DNA of 24,000 nucleotides from Cyclonatronum proteinivorum (lineage in GTDB: Bacteria; Bacteroidota; Rhodothermia; Balneolales; Cyclonatronaceae): contig NZ_CP027806.1 of assembly GCF_003353065.1 (NCBI RefSeq), positions 754,997-778,996 on the forward strand. The letters are read 5' to 3'. Every line of letters begins with the position of its first letter. The stretch's first letter is position 1. This document shows, piece by piece, positions 15,095-24,000 of this stretch. The notes beneath the pieces are model-generated. The model was given only the letters and a program-made list of their open reading frames with translations, had not been told where the DNA came from and made no database searches. The position numbers and the translations under genes were made by a program.

Positions 15095-17275
15095 TTGCTT
15101 CCTAATAATTATAAAATATTAATATTGGTCTTGGCTTTCATGGCCGGAGTTCTGATCACTTCGGGTTGTAGCGAAACCGGGTCTTCTCAAACCGATATCC
15201 CAGCATCAAATCAGGATTCCGAGGCAAAGGGTACCGATGAACTGTTGGAGACCTATATCCGGAATATCGTGCTCAGGAAGGTAGATGAAAATGAGCCCGT
15301 TATTGCAGAAATGACCGCCCTGACAGAAAGCGCACCTACGCCCTACAATGAGCTCCTGCTCGATTACATGAGATTGCAGTCCAAATTCCTTAGAGGCGAA
15401 ATAGCAGCTGTTGAGCGCGAAGTATCAGCTCTGGCAGAAGCAGCGGCCGTCTCTGGCAATGATGTGCTGTATTTAGCTACTGTGTCTTTGTTCGTTAATG
15501 TACTGTCAGAACAGGGACGAATGGGATCTGCCAGAGATGTATTGGAGGAAACCCTTACTAAAATTACACCCGTAGAATTCTCGTCAGCAGATATCCTGGT
15601 ACGAAGAGCCAAAGCGCGCCTGTATCAGGGGGAAAGTGAGTATCTGAGTGCTATACAAACCATCATGCCGATTGTAGATTATTTCGAAGGTCAGAATGAA
15701 TACAGTATCCTGGCTGATCTGTATGGCGATCTTGCGCTGATATTTACCAATATCAGGCAGCTTGATGAGGCGCTGAGCTGGCATGAGCGTGCTTTGAGGT
15801 TATTTTATGCGAATGAAGACCGTGTTGGTATTGCACGCACGATGAATAACCTTGCCAGCTTTTTTGAACTTACCGGTGAGTTTGAGCGCAGCGCTGACTC
15901 CCTGCAGGTTGCCATTGCCATAAACAGAGAAAAAGAAAGCTGGCTCAATCTCGCGCGCAATTATTATAATGCAGCGATGGCATACAAAGATATGAAAGAT
16001 TTTGAACGGGCTGCCGAACACTACCGGCTCGGGCTCGAGATGAGTGAACGCGTAGGTTCCGTGCTGGGAGTAATGTTTAATACCTATGGCGTTGGTGAAA
16101 TGATTTTAAATAAAAGCGGAGATATTGAACAAGCCCGGCAGCAGTTTATAAGCGCCCTTGAAATCGCAGAAGAAGTTGAACACAACGGTATCCGAACTAA
16201 CAGTCTTCGTCAGCTGTATGAAATTGAAAAGAGCATAGGAAACTATCAGGCTGCACTTGAATACCATGAGCAGTTTCTGGAAATGACCATACTTTTTCAG
16301 GAACGGGCAAGGGATACCGCAATTCAGGATTTGATGATTCAGCATGATGTAGAACAAACCCGCAATGAAAACCTGTTGCTTAGCGAGCGACTGGTTTTTG
16401 AGGAAACAACAAGCAGAAACAGGCTTACGATTATTGTGTTGCTTGTGATAGGGCTTGTAACCGCAATCCTGTTTGTGGTTTATGCACTTGCTACCAAAAA
16501 GCGGCTTCAGAAAGCTTTTGTCGATATTAAAAATCAGCGTGCAATGCTTCAGGTGCAAAATGAGCAGCTCGAAAAAATAGGGCAGGAGCGGGACGGCTTT
16601 TTGCATATCATTGTACATGATTTGAAAAATCCGCTGTCGGTCATTAAAAGCTCTGTGGAATTAATTAAAGAAGATCTGCAGGATAACCCTCTGGTATCAT
16701 TGGTTGAACGCTCACTTTTACGTACGGATCTGCTGATTAAGAGTCTCTTAAATGTGTTTAGGATGGATCAGCTCGATGTTATGAATCAGCTGGAGCGTCA
16801 GCAAAGTGATCAGGTTATCAAAAGAATGCGAAATGAATATACCCTGGTAGCAAAATCCAAAAACATAACCCTGCATTGTCGCTGCGATTCTTTTTCATTT
16901 AACACGCACCTGGAATCATTCCAGGGTATTGTAGGAAATCTCATTTCAAATGCGATAAAATACGCTCCGCCAAATACGGAGGTTTGGGTAGATATGAGCA
17001 GGGAGGAAGATCATTTCAGGCTGAGCATAGAAGATCAGGGACCGGGCTTTAGCAGCCATGATATGGACAAGATTTTTAAACCGTTTGCCAAACTTTCAGC
17101 CAAGTCAACGGCAGGGGAAAGCAGTACTGGTATTGGTTTGTATTCCGTTAAAACATCTGTCAGCCGCCTAAAGGGCGAAATTTTCGTTGAGAAGTCACGG
17201 TGGGGTGGGGCCGCATTCAGGTTGAAGTTCCCTTTCCTGCCCTTGGCAGAACCCGAGGCAGAAATAGTTGACTGA
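15095..17275 (+). CDS. TPR-repeat sensor histidine kinase with N-terminal lipoprotein-like signal
   Basis: LITSGCSETG lipobox-like, several TPR units (ALSWHERALRLFYANEDRVG...), TM segment, HisKA DGFLHIIVHDLKNPLSVIKSSVELI, HATPase QGIVGNLISNAIKYAPP, DQGPG, GIGLYSVK. The tracked start is TTG; the true start is uncertain. Confidence 0.9.
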   Translation: MLPNNYKILILVLAFMAGVLITSGCSETGSSQTDIPASNQDSEAKGTDELLETYIRNIVLRKVDENEPVIAEMTALTESAPTPYNELLLDYMRLQSKFLRGEIAAVEREVSALAEAAAVSGNDVLYLATVSLFVNVLSEQGRMGSARDVLEETLTKITPVEFSSADILVRRAKARLYQGESEYLSAIQTIMPIVDYFEGQNEYSILADLYGDLALIFTNIRQLDEALSWHERALRLFYANEDRVGIARTMNNLASFFELTGEFERSADSLQVAIAINREKESWLNLARNYYNAAMAYKDMKDFERAAEHYRLGLEMSERVGSVLGVMFNTYGVGEMILNKSGDIEQARQQFISALEIAEEVEHNGIRTNSLRQLYEIEKSIGNYQAALEYHEQFLEMTILFQERARDTAIQDLMIQHDVEQTRNENLLLSERLVFEETTSRNRLTIIVLLVIGLVTAILFVVYALATKKRLQKAFVDIKNQRAMLQVQNEQLEKIGQERDGFLHIIVHDLKNPLSVIKSSVELIKEDLQDNPLVSLVERSLLRTDLLIKSLLNVFRMDQLDVMNQLERQQSDQVIKRMRNEYTLVAKSKNITLHCRCDSFSFNTHLESFQGIVGNLISNAIKYAPPNTEVWVDMSREEDHFRLSIEDQGPGFSSHDMDKIFKPFAKLSAKSTAGESSTGIGLYSVKTSVSRLKGEIFVEKSRWGGAAFRLKFPFLPLAEPEAEIVD

Positions 17276-17472
17276 ATCCTTTTGGTTCGCTGCTAACAGG
17301 GTGCACGCGAAATATGAAGCTGAAAAAAGTTGATTCAATCCTATTATTTAAAAGCGTTTTTCAAAAGCTTGTAGTAGTATCAGCTATCGCTGGAACCGAT
17401 GTCGTTGGTTCATCATTACCAATGGCTGTTCGCTTCCATAAAACTGCACATCCACTCAACTAAATCTGACCT

Positions 17473-20139
17473 ATGAGTCCTCACCTACGGTTATACCCGG
17501 CGCTTGTACCGCTGTTTTTCCTGCTCTTTGTTTGTTTACCTGATGTTGCCCGTGCCCAATCCGGCGTACAGACCTTTGCCCGCGAATTCGCTGAACATAG
17601 CGAGTCGCCGCTGTCTTTTTTTCTGCCGGATGATGTCACCTATAAGTCCGACATCCCCACTCCGCACGAAGTACTTGGGTTTAATATAGGGGAATGGCAC
17701 CTGCGCCACGATCTGATGGTCCGCTACATGGAAGCCCTGGCGCAGGCCTCTGACCGCATCACCATCGATTTCTATGGGCGCAGTCATGAGCTTCGTCCGC
17801 TGGTTTTGCTCACCATCACCCATCCGGACAATCATGGTCGTATTGAAGAAATCCGGCAGCAGCATATTCAGCTGGCCGATCCGGATGTTTCGGAAAACCT
17901 CGATATTTCGGCCATGCCGGCAGTTGTCTGGCTGGGCTACAGCGTGCACGGTAACGAGCATTCCGGTGTAAATGCCGCCGTGCTTGCTGCCTACTATTAC
18001 GCCGCCGCGCAGGGGCAAGCCGTCGAAAGCCTGCTGCGCGAATCCGTGATTCTGCTTGATCCGAGCTTCAATCCCGACGGGCAGGATCGCTTTGTGAGCT
18101 GGGTGAACTCGCACCGCAACCTGAACCGCCTCACCGCTGACCCGGTCAACCGCGAGTTCAACGAGCCCTGGCCGCGCTCCCGCACCAATCACTACTGGTT
18201 CGATCTCAACCGTGACTGGATGCCCCTTCAGCACCCCGAAAGCCGGTACCGCCTCGAACAGTTTCATCACTGGAAGCCCAACGTGCTCACGGATCACCAC
18301 GAGATGGGTACCAACGCCACCTACTTCTTTCAGCCTGGCGTGCCTTCCCGCAACAATCCGCTTACCCCCGAGCGCAACTACGAGCTGACCTTCAAGCTCG
18401 CGGAGTTTCATGCCGAATACCTCGATCAGATTGCGCAGCTCTATTACACCCGCGAAACTTTCGACGATTTTTATGTCGGTAAAGGCTCGACCTATCCCGA
18501 CTTCTTCGGTACCATTGGTATCCTCTTCGAGCAGGCAAGCTCGCGCGGGCACATTCAGGAGAGTCAGCACGGCCTGCTTTCTTTCCCCGAAACCATCCTG
18601 AATCAGTTTCTGACCTCGCTCTCGACCGTTGCCGGTACGCATGCGCTTCGGGAGGAATTTCACGCGTTCAAGCGCGATCACTACAAAACGGCCCTCGAAG
18701 AAGCCGCCCGCGATGAGGTCAAAGCGTGGGTGTTTGGCGCCCCGCACGATCCTGCGCGCATCTATCATTTACAGGATATTCTGCTGCGGCATCAGCTGGA
18801 TTTCTACACCCTGGACCGGGATGTGACGGCATCCGGAGAAACCTTCCGGGCCGGACGCGATTTCATCATCCCTACAGCGCAGCCCAACTACCGCATGGTG
18901 CGCAGCCTCTTTGAGACTCGCACAAGCTTCACGGACAGCCTGTTTTATGACGTTTCTACCTGGTCGCTGCCTCACGCCTTCGACCTGCACCATGCCACGC
19001 TCAACAACCGGGCGTTCAACCGGAATTTGCTCGGGGAGCAGGTTCGGGCTGATAACATCCGTTTCCCCGAAGGCCGGCTTCACGGCGGACAGGCGCGGGT
19101 AGCTTACATCATGGAGTGGGACGGCTACTATGCGCCCCGTGCTATCAATGATCTGCTGCGACGCGGCGTGCGGGCCAAGGTTGCCAACCGTGAATTTACC
19201 CTGCCCACCGATGCCGGCGACCGCGTTTTCATGCGCGGCTCGGTGATGATTCCGGTCGGCATTCAGGATGCCTGCAGCCCGGATGAGCTCTACGCCATGG
19301 TTCAGGAGGCCGCCCGCAGCAGCGCCGTTGATTTCTTTGCCGTGAATACCGGCCTTGCCCGAACCGGCATTGATCTGGGCTCGCCGAGCTTCAGCAGCCT
19401 GCGCACCCCGGAAGTCTTGCTGGTTATTGGTGATGGCGTGAATGTAAGTGAAGCCGGCGAAACCTGGTTTCAGCTCGATCAGCGGTACAATGTGCCGGTT
19501 ACCATGGTTGAAACGGACCGATTCGCGCGGCTGGACCTGAGCCGGTACAACACCATTGTGCTGCCAAACGGGAATTACAACCGAATCTCAGCATCAGGCA
19601 GGGAAAACCTGCGTCGCTGGACAGAAAGCGGAGGCGTGCTGATTGCATACAAAAATGCGGTTAATTGGCTGGTTCAGCACGAACTTGCAACGGCTTCTTT
19701 TGAAAGGGTCAGCGAAGCGGATCAACACGATGTCATGCTGCCTTACCAAGACGCCTCGCAGCTACGCGGGGCACAGGTCATAGGCGGCAGTATTTTCAGC
19801 GCCCGCGCGGACCTGACCCATCCGCTGCTGTACGGCTACCGCAATCCTGAACTTAGCGTGTTCAGAAACAGTACGCTGTTTCTTGCAGCGCCTGAAAACC
19901 CGCATGCTGCTCCGCTGCGATACACTCCAAACCCGCTGGTGAGCGGCTATATCTCGCCTCAGAACCTCGAAGTGCTGCCCGGTACGGCCTCGCTTATGGT
20001 GTCAGGCAGGGGGCAGGGGCGCGTCATCCTTTTTGCTGACAATCCTAATTTTAGGGCGTTTTGGTTTGGAACCAACAAACTGTTTGCTAACAGCCTGTTT
20101 TTCGGGCATACCATCAGCGGCCTGACTGTAGAGCGTTAA
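17473..20139 (+). CDS. secreted M14-family zinc carboxypeptidase-like metallopeptidase
   Basis: Signal peptide, then PAVVWLGYSVHGNEHSGVNAA (HxxE), LDPSFNPDGQDRFVSWVN, FDLNRDWMPLQHPES, TDHHEMG. Confidence 0.9.
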   Translation: MSPHLRLYPALVPLFFLLFVCLPDVARAQSGVQTFAREFAEHSESPLSFFLPDDVTYKSDIPTPHEVLGFNIGEWHLRHDLMVRYMEALAQASDRITIDFYGRSHELRPLVLLTITHPDNHGRIEEIRQQHIQLADPDVSENLDISAMPAVVWLGYSVHGNEHSGVNAAVLAAYYYAAAQGQAVESLLRESVILLDPSFNPDGQDRFVSWVNSHRNLNRLTADPVNREFNEPWPRSRTNHYWFDLNRDWMPLQHPESRYRLEQFHHWKPNVLTDHHEMGTNATYFFQPGVPSRNNPLTPERNYELTFKLAEFHAEYLDQIAQLYYTRETFDDFYVGKGSTYPDFFGTIGILFEQASSRGHIQESQHGLLSFPETILNQFLTSLSTVAGTHALREEFHAFKRDHYKTALEEAARDEVKAWVFGAPHDPARIYHLQDILLRHQLDFYTLDRDVTASGETFRAGRDFIIPTAQPNYRMVRSLFETRTSFTDSLFYDVSTWSLPHAFDLHHATLNNRAFNRNLLGEQVRADNIRFPEGRLHGGQARVAYIMEWDGYYAPRAINDLLRRGVRAKVANREFTLPTDAGDRVFMRGSVMIPVGIQDACSPDELYAMVQEAARSSAVDFFAVNTGLARTGIDLGSPSFSSLRTPEVLLVIGDGVNVSEAGETWFQLDQRYNVPVTMVETDRFARLDLSRYNTIVLPNGNYNRISASGRENLRRWTESGGVLIAYKNAVNWLVQHELATASFERVSEADQHDVMLPYQDASQLRGAQVIGGSIFSARADLTHPLLYGYRNPELSVFRNSTLFLAAPENPHAAPLRYTPNPLVSGYISPQNLEVLPGTASLMVSGRGQGRVILFADNPNFRAFWFGTNKLFANSLFFGHTISGLTVER

Positions 20140-20173
20140 GGGTCTTGGACCTTGAAATAAGCTAAAAGCATTA

Positions 20174-20216
20174 AAAAACGGGCTCCGGAAAATATCTTCC
20201 CGAGCCCGTTTTTTTG
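20174..20216 (+). terminator. intrinsic terminator
   Basis: AACGGGCTC...GAGCCCGTT followed by TTTTTTT, just downstream of the M14 peptidase. Confidence 0.75.
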
Positions 20217-20385
20217 TCTTCTGTAATTTGAAGAAAATTGCCGTTGCTTCAAATGATGTGGTTAAAGCGGGAATAAAATTGGAGGTATATTTAAAATATT
20301 CTTATTGGAAATGATTATTTTACGAAGTGATAGTTCATTACCTAAGCGCAGCCGTAATTCATAGTATTAAGGACAGTGTACCGAA

Positions 20386-23300
20386 ATGGGGAAATCTGCT
20401 TCAGAAAACCAGCTCAGCGGGCTGATCAGTAAACTTCTTAAAGGCGAAGAAGTTGATTATGAGCAATTCAGGGATGTGCCTGTAGAACAAATTATAGAAC
20501 AGCTTAATATTTACCATCAGGAGCTCGAATATCAGAATCAGGAGTTGGTGCAGGCCCGTACGGTAGCGGAACTTTCAGAAGCCAGGTTTAAAGATCTTTT
20601 CCAGAATGCGCCCTTTGGTTATATAGTGCTTAATGCTGATATGGTTGTCTCTGAAGCAAATACGGCAGCTTCAGGATTGCTTGGGAAAAATAATGTTAAC
20701 CTTAAAGGCACTAAAGTCACAGATTATATTCAGGCCGAACGTCAGGATGATTTCTACTTTTGTCTGCGTCGTCTGAAGGAAAAGCCGGGTAGTGAGGAAT
20801 CTTTTGAATTCAGGGTCAAAGCTGACAGCGTAAACGGGGGGCAAGGTAAAGAGCTCGTCCTGTTTGCGCGCCTTCAGTTTATGAAAGACGCCGCGCCAAC
20901 AGCTGCTATTTCCAAAGCCATACCGCAGTACCGAATGCTGATTGTCGATATTACGGCGGAGAAAAAGCAGGAAGAGCGGCTCACCTCGCTGCTGAATAAT
21001 CTGCCTGTTGGTGTTGTTGCGGCTGATCCTGCCCAAAAAACCATTGCGTTTTGCAATCAAACGATGTGCGATATGCTCGGGCTGAATGGGGCGCAGCTTA
21101 TGGGGCGATCGCTGGTGCATTTTCATCCTGAAAAAGAGCAGGCACGGGCAGCTGCAGAATATGATAAAGGGCGGGATATAAACATCTCAGTTCAGCATCC
21201 TTTTGCGCTTAAACATGCTTCCGGCAGGCTCATTTATGCCACCGTTACGGCCGTAGAGCTTGATTTGTTTGGAAATACGTACTGGTGCGGGGTGTACAGT
21301 GAGGTAACCGATCACCTGGAAAACCTGCATAAGCGGCACATGTTTCAGGATATCGTTGATAACACGTCTGACTTTGTAGGCACAGCTACGCTGGATGGAC
21401 AGGTGATATACGTTAACCAGACTTTTAGTAGCAGATTAGGATATGACATTGAAACGGAGGTACTGGGTGAACATATAATCCGGTTCCACCCGCAGTGGGT
21501 GCAGGATCTGATGAAAAGGGAAGCTTTGCCGCAACTTATGGAAGAGGGGATGTGGAAAGGTGATACGGTCATTCTTTCAAAAGACGGAAAAGAAATTCCG
21601 GTTTCGCAGCTAATGATTCGCCATGACAAGCCGGATGGAAGCGCTGACTTTATTTCCACCAGCCTGCGCGATATGTCTGACCGGCAGGAAATCGACCGGC
21701 TTCAGGTTTTGCAGCAGCAGGAAAAGGAAGCGGCTGACGCACGGATCCGGAGAGAACAGCGGAAAATGGAGCTTATTCTTTCTCAGGCTCCGGATGGGGT
21801 GATCAGCGTTGACGGCGAACGTCGCATTCAGTTTCTGAATAAAGTTGCGCAGCGCATGTTCGGCATCGAACCAAAGGAAGTTAAGGGGAAAAATATTGAT
21901 GAAGTCATACCGCATCTGTCATCTGTATTTGGTGATATGTCTTATGACACCCTGAAAAATCTAAAGGGTCATGATCTGCCCTTACAGGATCTGAACGGAA
22001 ATCCGTTTTGGGGGCAGGTTTCTGTAAGTGTGGTCGATTTTGAAGATGAATTGTATTACACCCTGTTTATCAGAGATGTGACGGAGCGCAAACAGAATGA
22101 AGAGCTTCTGATACGTAACACAAGGCGCCTGAATGAAATTGCGCTCAACAGTCGGACTATAGCCTGGGAAATTGATGCTGAGGGCGTTTATACGTTCATT
22201 AGCCCGGTATGTGAAACCATGCTGGGCTACAGGGTATCTGAAGTGGTTGGTCATAAAACTTTGTTTGATCTTCATCCTGCCGAGGGCCGTTCCGTCTTTG
22301 AAAAAAAAGTACGGGCTGCGTTCCTTCAGGGAAAGCGATTCACAGCGTTCTACAACAAAGTGCAAACCAAAGACGGACATGTGATATGGGTGTCAACCAA
22401 CGGCGTGCCTGTATTTGATGCCGACGGAAAATTAAAGGGGTATCGCGGCAGTGATACAGATGTGACCGATCTGATTGAAGCAGAACAACGTAACCGCCTG
22501 CTTCAAAAAGCAGTTGAATCCAGCACGGTTGGTATTGTACTGGCTGATATGACCCTGGAAGATCAGCCGTTGATTTACATTAACCCTGCTTTTCAGCACA
22601 TTACGGGCTATCATCCGGATGAAGTGATCGGGAAAAACTGTCGTTTTTTACAGGGCGATGATACCCTGCAGGATGAACTGAATACCATCAGAAAAGCCAT
22701 AAGGGAAGGCAACAGTTGCCGTGTAACGCTTCGGAATTACCGCAAAAACGGCAAGTTGTTTTGGAATCAGCTTTCGCTGTCACCCATTTATGATGAAAAT
22801 AATACCCTAACCCATTTTGTGGGGGTGCAGCAGGACATTACGAAACTCAAGGAAGCAGAAAATTCGCTCAAACGGCAAAACGCACTACAGTCTTTTCTGC
22901 TCTCTGTTTCGGCCCGTTTTGTAGATGTTAAGCCGGACGAGCTGAATCAGGTCGTATCGGAAGTACTGGGCGAAAGTGCAGAATTGATCCATGCTGACAG
23001 GCTCTACTGTGCCATATACACAGATGACCGGGACGTACTTCAACCGCAGTGGCTGACTAATGATAAAGGGACGTCCGCTGGTTTTCCAGCTGTATTCTTT
23101 GAAGACTATCAGTCAGGCAAAACGCTGTTTATTCACAATACCTCTAACCTTGGGCAAAATCATCCTTTAAAAAAATGGCTGGCTGGCCGCGGCGTTTGTG
23201 GCCTTGTGGCTATGCCGCTCATGCAAGCCGGAACCTGTACTGGTTTTCTGATTGCTGAAAATCTGGAAAGCTCCTTGTTTCTGGAAAAAGAACATCTGAA

Positions 23301-24000
23301 TATGATGGGTATTCTTATTCAGCTGCTCGTTAACCTGCAAAACAGAATGAATGCACTGGGACAGCTGAGCCAAAGTGAAGAAAAGTTTGCGATGGCTTTT
23401 CAGTCGAGTCCGTATGCTATAGCCATATCGGAACCCGATTCAGGGCGGTTGGTGGAAGTGAACAGTGCTTTTTACCAGTACACAGGCTATACCCCTGATG
23501 ATGTGCGTCACGACCGCGTAACTTCTCTCAATGTCTGGGCCCGTAAGAAAGAACGGTTGGTCATGACTAAGGCTCTTAAGCGCGGCCAAAAGGTTGAGAA
23601 TATGCAGTTTGAATTCCGCAAAAAAAACGGGGAAATATTTACCGGGCTGCTGTCTTCCAGAATTATTCATATCGATAACAAGCCCTATTACATTACAAGT
23701 ATTAGTGACATTTCAGAGCGCATTGCCGCCCAGCAAAAGCTTGCGGAAAGTGAAGAGAAATACCGGTTGCTTTTTGCGGCCAACAAAGACGCTATCACCG
23801 TATTTTCTTTGGATACCGAAAACCCGGAAATCCTCGAAACCAATGCAGCTGCGGAAGAACTGACGGGCTACCCGCTTGATGAATTAAAGGGCATGCCTAT
23901 AACCATGCTGGAAACAGGGCTCACTGCCGGGGAAGTTGCGCGAAGGGCGGAGCGCTTGTACGATCACGCGGAGGTGAACTATGAAACCCGGATCAGGACG
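20386..24000 (+). CDS. multi-PAS/PAC and GAF domain sensor protein, C-terminus beyond the window
   Basis: Open + frame from ATG at 20386 to the window end: MGKSASENQLSGLISKLLKGEEVDYEQFRDVPVEQIIEQLNIYHQELEYQNQELVQAR...FKDLFQNAPFGYIVLNADMVV..., repeated PAS/PAC units (NPAFQHITGYHPDEVIGKNCRFLQG...; SEEKYRLLFAANKDAITVFSLD). Absent from the ORF track because it is unterminated. Confidence 0.9.
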   Translation, partial: MGKSASENQLSGLISKLLKGEEVDYEQFRDVPVEQIIEQLNIYHQELEYQNQELVQARTVAELSEARFKDLFQNAPFGYIVLNADMVVSEANTAASGLLGKNNVNLKGTKVTDYIQAERQDDFYFCLRRLKEKPGSEESFEFRVKADSVNGGQGKELVLFARLQFMKDAAPTAAISKAIPQYRMLIVDITAEKKQEERLTSLLNNLPVGVVAADPAQKTIAFCNQTMCDMLGLNGAQLMGRSLVHFHPEKEQARAAAEYDKGRDINISVQHPFALKHASGRLIYATVTAVELDLFGNTYWCGVYSEVTDHLENLHKRHMFQDIVDNTSDFVGTATLDGQVIYVNQTFSSRLGYDIETEVLGEHIIRFHPQWVQDLMKREALPQLMEEGMWKGDTVILSKDGKEIPVSQLMIRHDKPDGSADFISTSLRDMSDRQEIDRLQVLQQQEKEAADARIRREQRKMELILSQAPDGVISVDGERRIQFLNKVAQRMFGIEPKEVKGKNIDEVIPHLSSVFGDMSYDTLKNLKGHDLPLQDLNGNPFWGQVSVSVVDFEDELYYTLFIRDVTERKQNEELLIRNTRRLNEIALNSRTIAWEIDAEGVYTFISPVCETMLGYRVSEVVGHKTLFDLHPAEGRSVFEKKVRAAFLQGKRFTAFYNKVQTKDGHVIWVSTNGVPVFDADGKLKGYRGSDTDVTDLIEAEQRNRLLQKAVESSTVGIVLADMTLEDQPLIYINPAFQHITGYHPDEVIGKNCRFLQGDDTLQDELNTIRKAIREGNSCRVTLRNYRKNGKLFWNQLSLSPIYDENNTLTHFVGVQQDITKLKEAENSLKRQNALQSFLLSVSARFVDVKPDELNQVVSEVLGESAELIHADRLYCAIYTDDRDVLQPQWLTNDKGTSAGFPAVFFEDYQSGKTLFIHNTSNLGQNHPLKKWLAGRGVCGLVAMPLMQAGTCTGFLIAENLESSLFLEKEHLNMMGILIQLLVNLQNRMNALGQLSQSEEKFAMAFQSSPYAIAISEPDSGRLVEVNSAFYQYTGYTPDDVRHDRVTSLNVWARKKERLVMTKALKRGQKVENMQFEFRKKNGEIFTGLLSSRIIHIDNKPYYITSISDISERIAAQQKLAESEEKYRLLFAANKDAITVFSLDTENPEILETNAAAEELTGYPLDELKGMPITMLETGLTAGEVARRAERLYDHAEVNYETRIRT

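Noticed and set aside
17536-18768. 410-aa minus-strand ORF
   Set aside because: Antisense to the M14 peptidase, which has clear catalytic motifs and a signal peptide; typical high-GC third-position shadow ORF.
20671-22614. Series of minus-strand ORFs (151, 104, 101, 132, 60 aa)
   Set aside because: Antisense to the continuous PAS-domain ORF open from 20386 to the window end.
1-24000. CRISPR array
   Set aside because: No regularly spaced direct repeats were seen anywhere; the repeats present are inverted-repeat elements.

Overview
The window reads as a Bacteroidota/Balneolota-type chromosome segment (my inference from gene styles). The left ~9 kb is accessory DNA and the right ~14 kb is ordinary housekeeping and signalling DNA. 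Left part: an IS982-like transposase running off the window edge, an IS1380-like transposase abutting an N-terminally truncated tyrosine recombinase, and then a short array with the structural hallmarks of integron gene cassettes. Two attC-like imperfect palindromes of ~130 nt lie at ~3200-3337 and ~6494-6627. In each predicted cassette the first bases (GTTAGGCACA at 3016; GTTACCACAC at 3328) are exactly reverse-complementary to the R''-like box at the cassette's 3' end (TGTGCCTAAC at 3200; GTGTGGTAAC at 6494). The first cassette (~312 bp) carries at most a 52-aa antisense ORF. The second (~3.3 kb) carries a rearranged HaeIII-like restriction-modification locus: XRE regulator, C5 methyltransferase lacking its C-terminal motifs, small protein, PD-(D/E)XK-like protein, a structured GC-rich element, and a HaeIII-family endonuclease lacking a canonical start codon. 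Downstream are a 491-aa protein of unknown function and a Phd/ParE-type locus whose toxin is frameshifted. Right part: carbon-nitrogen hydrolase, response regulator, RNase P RNA (minus strand), a zinc-ribbon-family protein that has lost its cysteines, NIF3-like protein, YggS-like PLP protein, TPR histidine kinase, M14 peptidase, and a PAS/GAF sensor protein running off the right edge. All family calls come from reading the sequence; no database search was run.
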